This document shows, one piece after another, positions 31,906 through 43,400 of a DNA stretch of 64,000 nucleotides; within the stretch, counting starts at the first letter, position 1, and every line of letters starts with the position of its first letter. The stretch comes from Balanoglossus misakiensis (lineage: Eukaryota > Animalia > Hemichordata), in assembly GCA_040954595.2 (NCBI GenBank), contig CM082585.2, forward strand, positions 6,969,808 through 7,033,807, written 5' to 3'. Position numbers and translations under genes: made by a program. The notes beneath the pieces are model-generated. The model ran no database searches, was not told where the DNA came from, and saw only the letters and a list, made by a program, of their open reading frames with translations.

Positions 31906-34487
31906 ATGGCCGCGTCACGTCAATTTTCGCCACCTCCCCCTTGCCCTGTGCCTGACCCAACTTTTTTGACCCCAGCTCACGTGGCGAAGAAGAGGGCTCG
32001 CATATCAAGTCAGATACAGAGTGGTTCGTTTGGATCACCCGCGTCGTCATTGACAATACCTGCATCGCCACTAATGAAAACACTCGGAATTGGAACGGGC
32101 GTGACAGTTTATCTCTATGAAAGGTAACTGAATGACCACGCCCCTTTGACCACGCCCCCTGTAAGACAGTACATGTACCAGCTTATCAATTGACAGACTC
32201 CTGTCAGGAGGCAAGACTCATGACAGAGCCACTACATAAAGTTACAAACACATTTGTTGAGGCGTGTTTTATGCAAATAAATTATACAAATTTGTATGTT
32301 ATGTTTTGCAGAAGCCCACTGCCAAACGGCACTGTTCGATCACCATGGGCCGTCAAGAAAGTCAAGGCAAGAACCAAGTCACTGGGAAACAACATGCAGA
32401 GAAGACTGAAGAAAGAAGCAGCAATACTCAAAGTACGTAACACACATACCAATACACACAGTCAGTGGTTGATTATTTGGGAACCTGGTAACTCTTGTAG
32501 TTGTGTATGTTCATGTACTTGTATAGATAATATGAAATAACCTGTCACCAAAGTGCCCAGTCATGTGTACTTTGGTCTACATTGGCCATCATCTTCTGTA
32601 GGCCTTATGCGTAACCTTTAGCTCATATTGAAGGCCACACTGGGGGGGGGGGGGGTGTTCAATGGATTGGGATGAAATGCATTCTGAGCTATCACTGTAC
32701 ATGCATTTGCTAACAGATAAAATCTCAATCTGTTACGCTTGACTGTTTCAGGCTTTGAACCATCCAAACATTGTCGGGTATCGTGGGTGCACCAAATCAG
32801 CCGACGGCAAGTTGTGTCTGACCATGGAGAGCGGGGAGAGATCACTGCAAGACTTGATCGACGAGAGACAAGATAACGGAGATGGTAAATAGCAGTTTAA
32901 ACTTCTGTGTGTTTCTGGTATTTGAATGTGTGTGGACAACAGTGTGTCCACTTGGTGATATATGCATGACGCTGTCAGATATATGTTGCTGGTGTGTCCT
33001 GGAAGGTCATTGCAAACTTACTATTTAAGGGTGTGTACAAGTGAAAAAGCTAGCGTGTACATGTGTGTGGAGTCATTCCTTGTAAAACTAATGTGTGTGT
33101 GTGACGTTTTAAGAACGTACATGCACAACGCTGTCAGACATATGCTGCTGGTGTGTCCTGGGTAAATTGATTGTGAATAAAAGTTTTCTGTTCTAGCTTG
33201 AAATGGTAGTCTGTACTATGAAAACAATAGTGATAAGAGTCACATCTTCATTTCACAGGTGCTTTCCCGCCCAGACTGATTTACAAAGTAGCAGAGTCCG
33301 TGGCATCTGCTCTTCATTATCTCCACTCTGAGAAAAAAATGCTGCACGGTGATTTGAAGAGTGGCAATGTCCTCGTCAGCGGAGACTTTGAATCTGTGAA
33401 ACTGTGCGATTTCGGCGTGGCGTTGGAACTGAAAGATGACCTCTCAGGGCTGAAGGTGAGAACTATGCAAACTTTCTTTGCGGTTAATAATGGTGGTTGC
33501 AGAGGTGTAACGTTTGGCATTATTTCATGGTTTTATTTCAAACAAAAATTGGTGCATGTAATGTACTTACTAAAGGGTGTGTGAACAAGTCTTATTAACC
33601 ACTGAACAGAAACGCATGTACAAGTTTGAATAAAATCAAATAAATAAATGGGTGCCCCACTAAGATATGTGAAATTTTATGACCGTACGGCGTACGCAGG
33701 AAATGATAAAACTTATTTGCATACATCGCGTGCTTATACCACATGCAATAGCAGAACAGCGCTAGCCGGATTTGCGTTTTGGAGCGGTTTTCATATACAC
33801 GCGTCAGTAACAGCTGGACTCTCTGTCTTGCCTGATTCAGAGAGCCGGTGATTTCTACGTCGGCAGTGAGCCGTGGAAATGCTACGAGGCTGTGCACGGC
33901 GGTGTGATCACCGATAAAGCAGACATCTATGCTTACGGATTAATCATCTGGGAGATGTTGACACTCTCAATCCCCCACACTGATCTACTAGGTAAGCAAA
34001 CTGTTTCTATCATCAGCTTTGGCATTAATTTTAACATATGCACTCACATTAGGGTTTATAATGCTTGTGTATAGTTCACTGCCTTTATTTGCATGGACTA
34101 ATGGTAGTACAGTTTGAAACAAAAATTATGATAATTATCCCAAAAATTGCAGCTTATGTGCCTTTAAGTAAAAGAATACAAAAATGGCTGATTGTAAACC
34201 TAACAATGTAAAAAATTTCCGTCATCCAACATAGACTTGCGAAACTTTATTTTCCAGACTACACCGGTGAGAGTTTTGATGAAAGTTTCGCCGAGGAAAT
34301 GTTCAATGCAGCACTGGGAAGCCGCCCACCACTGCCGGATGAAGACGTCTTGCAGACAAACGAGGCCTACAGGCAGTTGATAGGGCTGTTCTATAGCTGC
34401 ACCAATGAGAAGCCAGAAGATAGACCTTCGGCTGCTGCAGTAGTAGAAGGACTGAAAGCCTCTGAGTTTTGCGGAGAGAGGTCGTAG
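31906..34487 (+). CDS. PBK: PDZ-binding kinase / lymphokine-activated killer T-cell-originated protein kinase (TOPK), 6 coding exons, 349 aa
   Basis: Exons 31906-32123, 32312-32432, 32752-32884, 33259-33455, 33841-33991 and 34258-34487 are GT-AG and total 1050 nt in frame. PBK-specific motifs: [132 protein letters not shown]. Confidence 0.95.
34035..34167. mobile_element. Truncated copy (right end) of the 13538-13871 MITE, in the last PBK intron
   Basis: catatgcactca...tagggtttataatgcttgtgtatagttcactgcct...gtagtacagtttgaaacaaaaattatga...gcagcttatgtgcctttaa aligns by eye to 13738-13871 with few mismatches. Confidence 0.85.
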
Positions 34488-37400
34488 CTTTTCAAATTTG
34501 ATCAGGGTTCTCCCAACGCTGTTTGGCAGTGGTCGGGCCTGAGCAGCACTCAAGTGAAAAAAGCTAGCAAACCAAGGCTGCCAGCAGGCACTATTTTGTA
34601 CTCAATCTAGCGTGTACATGTGCGTGGAGTCATTCCTTGAAAAACTCTCTCTATTTCTTTCTATCATCTTGACTGCGTTTTTGTTCTCTCAAAATGTCAC
34701 ACACATATTAATGAATCATTGGCAAACACACACAGGGTGTGCTTGAAATATGAAGCAGATGATTAACCTACTAGTTAACTAATTGATTAATTGTACAGGG
34801 GATGTTGCCTGAATGAAAAGTCAGATCTATTTTTGTATGTTTATATTGTTATAGAGCTATCAATATAGATTTTTATATTTCCGTTCTGCTGAGAAATGTT
34901 TGAATGTATGTATAAAAGGCAAACATAAATAAAAAATCCTGCACAAGTGTAATGACCATTGTTATTGCCCATACTTCCATCACTCTTATGCCATGCAGTG
35001 ATCCCTGTTAGATCCATATTGTCATGGATACTAGTAGTCTGTGGGGTAGGATATAGCGCCCCCATGCGGCAGATACGAGGATTTCCCAACATGGAGACGC
35101 CAGGTCCATATGTCTCAACACGCGAGTGAAATAAATATGTTAGTTGTTGGTGTGATATATTTGTAGCATGAAGTTACGTTCCTCTTATGAGATGAGGTAA
35201 TTCGACCTTCGGATATTTTACTTTCTTTAACTTGTTTTGTGCAAGTAAATATGGCGCTTTTTCAGATGTTTCGAAGTCCTTTGACGAAAACAAGTAAAGA
35301 GCCTTTCTCTGACACATTTTATTTGCCAATGCCTCAAACGAAAAATATTCTGTAATTACCACGCTTAACAATCTTTTGAATGTTTGTGGTTTTCGTTTTT
35401 GTAGTTTTCATGTAGCTAGAAATGATAACTGAAACCTGCTTCAAGGACGCCGTCCACCGCAAACATGGTGACGTCATCAAATGATACACGCGATTGAGAG
35501 TTTTTTCAGTTGTGTTGATACCGTGTTGTTCACTAGTTTGCCCATAAGCGGAGAGAGGGTTTTGCTTATACAGTGCGCATAAAGAGATACACAAGAGTTT
35601 GATAATCATTTTGAATTGCACACAATTTTATATTTGAAAACATCTCGTGACCACTTATACTGACATAAAGAACTCATGCATGTTTGTGTAAAAGTTTGAA
35701 TAGCTGTCGACCTCAAAAATGCACATTCCACACTACAAGCCCGTGAGCAGAAACTTCGTGTACTTTGCCAACCTCAAAACATCTTTGCTGTTTTTTCAGA
35801 TATTCGTTGTATTATAGAACAACATCCATTTGTGATGGTAGGAGCCTTGCGAATTTACTGTTTTCGCTTTATTTTGAATTCATTAGCATGGAAGCGGCCA
35901 TATTTGAGTGGGACACCCGTTTATCTTTTTTTTAAAACTTGCATAATTCTTCAGTCCAATTCATGATCAGTGGTTAATGACATTTGTGTAAACACACCCA
36001 GTAAGCACTTTCACATGAACTAATTTTAGTTTGAAAATAAAATCATGTCAGTGAACAAAAGTTGCATCTTTCGCCAAGCGTTTTGCAGTTTCTTGAACAC
36101 CCTCGCTTCAAACACATAGCGCCAGCAGAAGGCAAACCATTGACGCATAGCGCCCCCTACTTGTGATTACTGGGTACCCAAGAGACAACTTTGCGCGTAG
36201 ACTATGATTTGTTTTGAATGGTTTATGCCTATCTGCCAAAGTAAACACGCCTACGGTCACGGGAGACCAACAGTCCCGATAGAGCCCTTGATATAAACGC
36301 GTTTAAAGTGTGAGATGTCCACGCACAACCATGGTTATGGTGATACTAGTAACTTAAACTTAGGCCAAGGAGGGGAAAAGTGTTGCACGCGGATAGTTTT
36401 GCTTGGGCAAGAGGGGTGACGGGGAGTTTTATTAATTGTTTATAAACTAGTTTTCCAAATTATTGTAATAGCTGAGGATACAAACGAACAAAGTTATATT
36501 CACTGGCAAATGAGCTTATGCATGGGAAGTAAGGAAAGTTCGCAGTCTGAGTCCGATCTGAAAGATAGTTAATAGTGCCATCAGTGGTAGCGCACGGAGA
36601 AATATATTAAATCGAAATTGGATTTTCAATTCAAAACAACAACAACAACAACTTTTTTGTTAGATTTCTGATTTCTGAGCTTGGCATGCCCTGCAGGTAG
36701 AGTCCACAAACAGTAGTGATGCGTACTGTAGTATGACGTGAAGCACACAACAACAAAACAGGTTTCATATACGTCATAACCACGCAATTAGGTGTCCACT
36801 CGGGACTATAATCTCCACAATATTCGACTCATTAAAAAAGTACATAGTTGAACCAGTAAATTCATCAACACCATCGATCGAGTATCATTGTAGTATATAG
36901 CCACCGACGTGTGACGCACAGGATTCCTCTCGCGGTTACAATGTTGCTATTTAGCATCTCTTTCCCCGGCGGAAACAGTGAGAATTAAATTGGTGCAAAA
37001 TGAATCCAGTTAGCCTACCAACAAAAAAATCATCTTTAGTATAGGATATGCATCATCCGTACCCGTGCATCCCAGATTTGGTATAAAAGAAGTATGTTTC
37101 CCCTTGCCAACACAGCTAAGCTGAGCAACGTCATATCCGTACTGCTGGATAATCCCCTGACGTATTGAACATACGAATGGTGTTATTTTCAGCACATTTC
37201 TAAGTACATAATTATAATAGGTGCCACTGTCCCATTTTATCGTCAGGTTTAGGGAGCTTTCAGTTATAAAGGAAAGAGGTGGTCTGGATGAACTTGGGAT
37301 AACTTAGGACTGAAACTGCCGTTGATTACAGGTCAAATCGCACACGCAATCATTAATTGTATTGCTAAAAGTCTCGCTTCTACTGCCACGGTTGTCCCTT

Positions 37401-40400
37401 CTCTTGTCACTTCAGCATGACAGACCTAAGAAAATTATACACTCCATGTGCCCCGGTGTTTTAACTACAGTACTCTGTTCCTTGACTCAATCAGTTTTGA
37501 ACATTGCAACAGCACGTGTGTGATTCATTTTGACAAGGGGGTGACCTTTGTGACCTTTCACCGAGGCGGATGGCTACATTGCCGCAAGCCCGAGTGAGAC
37601 GTCAAAACCACGTGTTAGGCCGGCGGTGCAATGTTCGGAGCACGTGTCCACAGTAGCCTCTTGACGATAGGGCTCCCGTTAACGACGACGGCCCCGGGAC
37701 GTCGAATTGAGTGTTTTCTCAAAATCCCCACTAGCCAAGTACCTTTGCATTTTAATGCTGTTACTTTCTGTCAAAAGCACTCTTGTAAACCTCTGCTTGA
37801 GTTAAATCGTTTTGCCGTTATATAGGCCTATGTTTTCATTGCTGGGCCGAATAATTCAACATGACCGTCAAACAGGAAGTTGTTTATGGTATCAAAAGTG
37901 ACGGTTCAGTTCACGACTGATACCGGGCCGTTGACATTCAATTGCTTTTACTCTGATAACCTGTGGAGGAGTGACTTTGTCGATTACTGGCTGTTTAAAC
38001 TTGAATATTGTTCTGTGTCGTACAGGAAAGATTGAAACATTTTGCGGTTAGAATGGTAGGCATATTTATTACATTTGCCGAACTTGTACCATTTGGCTTC
38101 ATAGTGATAGATTTGTTTAGTCTTAGCAGGAGTGCTAGTGTTATAATTAAACCTCATGCTCTCCCCGACTCACTTTGGGCGGGCAAATCATAGAGCTTTA
38201 GGCGCAAAGCCACTTATTGCGCATGCCCTCTAGGAGGTGAAATTCTGACATCCACAGAAGTTAATTACTTCAAATGTTTGCCCCGAGGTGATATCTGTCA
38301 CGGCCAGGACTGGGCTTCAAGAAATGCACCATATTCATTCCAATTTAGACAGGTGTCCGGGCCCAAGGCACACGATTGCTTAATCTGTGGGGACAGGAAA
38401 ACTGATGTAGACGACAGCAAACGTGTAATTGAAATTCAATCCGATTTAATTTGTTCAAGAGACAGGTGACTGACGAATCACGTAGCTGACACGTAAGAAT
38501 AACACATCGACAGCACCATCCAAATGGAACTATTAGAAAATAGAGCCCCGTCGCAAATTTCATCTCTCGACTCACATCCTCTTACTAGAAATTGGCATTT
38601 AAGTTTTTACTTCATAAAAATTCGCCATTATTAACATTTAAGACAGGTACAGCTAAGAAAATGGGAAAATTATGTATTGTATTTAATTACATATTTGTTT
38701 GACACTTCTATGTTTGTTTTGTGCGGTGTTCACAAAAAACGTGGCACGAATTAACAACTGCTGTTTTCTCATCGTGTCCAAACGACCTTGTTTGATTCTG
38801 AAAAAAAAAGATAGGAAAATGGATGTGTACTGTGTAATGGCTTCACGCGTCTTTTCCGCGGGAAAAGCAAATTCCCTCCAATGGAAGCGGATGAAACAGA
38901 GGATGTGGGAAGCAGGATGTGAAGCAGTGTGTGTCAAACGTGAATTCTCAGTGTAGGGAATGCTTAATACCCTCTGATAAAATCAATAAGTAAGAACTTT
39001 CGTGATTTTTGGCTATGGGCTTGGCTAGGCTAGGATTTCCGATCTCAGGATCTACTGCAATACTTACAACAGCGACAAAACTATACCCTCACCATGCATT
39101 AATTCAGCGATACTATAATGCCGGAGAGATTTTCACGAGATTTATTTTATGATGACTTTGCTAAGCCCACGCACGAAAAGTCACTCAGTACAGGTACATT
39201 GTAATAGGTCTCCGATCCATTGCAGCATTGCCACCCAACAGAGTGACTCGATATATGAAATTAACTTTTTGCGTTGGAACATGACTTGTGAAGTTGGCTC
39301 ATTGGGTTTTTGACCATACTTTGTGGTTCAGTATTAACTGCAGATGGCACCTTTCTACATTTTAGCACGGAGGCACTTTTTGTTAGTCAAGGAAACATTT
39401 GAAGTCTTCGGGGCACTCTTACATTAGCGTGATTAGTGGTGAGATGCGGTGTTTGCTTTGCATCAGGCGTAAGAGATGGTGAATAGACACATTTAAATAT
39501 TAAATGTGCCGACAGCACCAGAGACTTGTGCACATGTGACCACGGTAGTTTGCGGATTGCTTTGTGTGGTTTGCGGCGGTCGCAGCGCATGGTGAATGTT
39601 CTGTGCTGTTCACGACTCGGGGAACTACTTTGTCGGCAAGATATCCTTCGTCAGAAAAGTGCATTGAGCACGTCAGCGTTAGGGGGCGTTCAGTTCTTGT
39701 AGCCGAGGGAGGGGGGGGGGGATTCTTCAACATCAGAGTGTTGTCCATGCTATACTGTGCACTTCTTTTTGGATGCGAATAATAAGACAAATAAAATATA
39801 AGTACGTTTTGATTTCTTTTTGCGAGAGAATTGTGATACTTGCATTGCCAAACTACCGTTAATTCACATAGCATGCAAATTTGCATTGGGGAGGAATCGT
39901 CGAATGTTACTTTCCACCAAGGGATGGGTCACTAAAATCTGGTGATAGATGAGAAGTGTCAAGTTATTTCACAAGCGAAAGGGCGACCCACCCCGCGTCC
40001 AATTAATGAACTCTCCCTTTGCTACTGTGCGTCGATACCAATAAGCAAATCCTTGAACGCAATGGCAGATGCCCCAAAGCGCTTTTTTATTTTGTGTTAC
40101 AGTAGCACGAAGGAATTGGGGAAAAAATACCGCGTTTGAAAGAGAAAATGACGTTCCGTAGCTGTTATGCGATGCCATGAGAATGGATTATTAGCTACCA
40201 TAAGATTACAATCGTTCGGTCGTATTTACACCTCTGAAGCACACACTTTGTGCGCGCAGCAGCAGGCAACAGGATGATATCCACGCAGGGGCCTACGAGT
40301 TTTTTTCCACGTCCACACGTCTTACAACAGACAACCTTTACTTCTTGGGAAGCGGAGAAAGGACCAGGAGATGCACTAGCAACCGTTAAGACGTCCGCAC

Positions 40401-43400
40401 GCACTAGCCTCACCGGTTAGATCCGCCTGAGTGCCCCGTAGGGTACATGTATATAGCGATACCGGTATAATTATATCTTTACCATTGTAAAACTGTAGAG
40501 GCGCGGTATTTTCTGGGCTTCGGGTCCTAAATGGACAATTTTTCCTCTCTGCCCGACTCTCCAACAACACCTTTGCGGATATTCTCCATGCGCAACATTT
40601 CATTATTTATAGCTTTCTTTTAAATTCAAGATCACTGCCCAGACACGGGTTGTGGAAATAGGTCCAGCATGGGGTCGACCACTTCTAGATTGGACTTCCT
40701 ATTTTGTCAGTTAGAATGACGCAAATGGAAACATATGTATTGTCATTCCTTCAAGAAAATAACATTTCCGCCGGGAGAATCGCGAGAAAACGGAGCTCGC
40801 GTGACGTCACCAAAATAGTAACTGCACTGAAAGATGCCTGGGCCCTCTATTGTAATAATTGTGTGAATATCTCATTCTGTTCACACCATTGGGTGTGGTC
40901 TATTGTCCGGCACCATAAAAATATTGTTGTTATCAACGTTGTTTTTCACTTTATCAGTCACTTGATTGGTTCACGTCCATTCACTTAAAAATATGAACAT
41001 TCACATTCAAAATTCCGAATGGGACGAGACAATGCTATTAATGATGTTCAAATTTGCTTGTCACGCATTTTAAATTAGGCGACACTGTTCCATGCTGAAT
41101 ATACCAAGAACTGAAAACGATCTTTTTTGCAAATAGAACCTTTCTAACGATTTGTTATCTTCGATCTTCAAATGACCATGTCCATATTTATATAGCTATA
41201 TTTAATAAGATAACCGCACAGCAAAATTGCCCTTGTCAATGCAAGGAGCCAGAAATGACAAATCGCGAGAAATGACTAAAATAGTAAACAGTCTTTCTTA
41301 TGCACATTAAAATATACGATATGCATGACCATGTGAAAAATGCACGGTTCCCGCGTTTTAAAGCTCTATGAAGAGATTTACTGTCCATTTATGAAGCAAT
41401 TGGACTTTGATATGGCAGGTTATGAAAAATTAACGACTTCACGTGGCGCGGGCCTTCACTTGGAAGGTAGTGTCGCCACTGAAGCAGTGAGCGATGGTTT
41501 TGTTGTCGGCCTCGTATATGCATCAACAGATTTATACGATCACCAATAAAGTTCGCGCCAAAACATGCATTTTAATGTGTGCTTTTAAGCACGATTCAGA
41601 CTTTTGCTTTCATATTGGCTCGGCAAACGAGTATTTTAGGCCACCCAAATGAACGTATATTTTTTATGTTTCTTTGGCATGGATTACTATCTAAATCAAT
41701 GGGATTGCTCCTGGAAGGACTTATAGGGTTCACCCTGCTTTCGAAATTCGCAAGACGGGTCACACTGACTTCAATTTGCTTTCCTCGACGGTTGTGGTGA
41801 TGGTTCTAATGGTGAGGGGTCTGTCATTTTCTGTAGCCAGACAGGCATCTTTTTTTCCGGGCCGAGACCCATAGGAGATTGTACCAGACCCACAAGGGCG
41901 ATTGCACCGCGCCATGCGGTTGGGACGATAGGTTGTTTTGGCCTGAAGATGATCATTACTTTGTGCCTGTTACGAGCTCCTGATTTGAACTCTCTATAGT
42001 TATAGCGTTTGTCGATAACAAGGCGCTGTCATACAAAGTCATTGTACTCGTTCTCAACCCGCTCTCATCATTTATTACAAGCGTGTCAATCAATAGTCTC
42101 TCTTCTTGCCTCCAAGCAATATGGCGGCCACAACATGCAAATATCATTCCACGCATGCAAAATTCAATGATACTATTCACAGTTTAGAATGACTGAGAAA
42201 AACGAGCGGTTTACATCAGGGCAAGGCAACAACATATTTAAAGGTTTGTTGTCTGGGAATGCCATGGTTTATGAAGATCTAAGCCTTTTTTCTCGAGGAT
42301 ACACATAATCTTATAGAAATGTCACGTCTCAACCTGATCACCTCCGGACGCGCTCTTGTGTATGCTGATTTGTGCATGTACTTCGTGTTCACAAAGACTG
42401 GGATCTTGTTTTCGTTTCTGAAAGTTCTGTTGCACATTGTACGCATTCAAACCAAAAGGCATGAAGCCATTACTATTTTCCATCTGGTACGTAGCCGTGG
42501 GTATTTAGCATATCAAAGCTTTTGAATTGTGATCGACGTCAATCAGTGGGGGACTCAAATGCTAATATAGCGACCAACCAATAGAATGAAGTCATCGAAT
42601 GACCATCTGGAGCTGGGTGAACTTTTTCCCCGTAGCCACCCCGTGAAAATTAACACCTGTCTCCGGCTGGATCTTAACTTGTCGTGGTAACTGTGACTAA
42701 ACTTTGCATGGTACGATCGCACACGTCCGTGATTTTATGTATAATACAACATGTAGAGAGAAATTCTCTATGGCTTGCTCGTGATCTTTTCCTTCACACC
42801 GGTTTCAAGCTGATTCGCGCAAAATAATGCGGCGGTAACGGTATCAGTGCCTGCGCCGCTCATCAACAATGTGAGTCCAACACCTTCGTTTCAAACAGAT
42901 ATTACAGCTCTTGTCCTTACTTGTAGAAGAGAAATGAAACTCGAATGAGTTCGTGCTTCGATCGTTGTTCCTGACTAATGTGCGGCAAATTAGATAAAAA
43001 TCGATCAAGCTATCTCTTGAATGACTGCAAACGTGACGAGAATAATGTTCTCAGTCTGAGCTAAATTTTCTCGATGAAAGTTCCGGAATACCGACACTTC
43101 GAGTGGCGTACTAGTATTCTCTTACATTAAAGCCCTTGAAAATGAAAACTTACCATTTTAGACTTGGAAATTCAAAGTGACCGTTCTCCCATCGTAATAC
43201 TTGCAATAACTCCCATATTGTAGATATTTAATATATTTTGACAAAATGAAGAGGAAAATACCTTGGCTTGGCATTAAAATGTACTGAATCATTGCATAAG
43301 TTTGAATTCTGAAATGTTATCAAAATTGGTCAGAAGGTGTTTTTTTCATATATTTCCTTGTTCTATTTCCGACTTTCAAGTGAACAAAACCATTTCCCTT

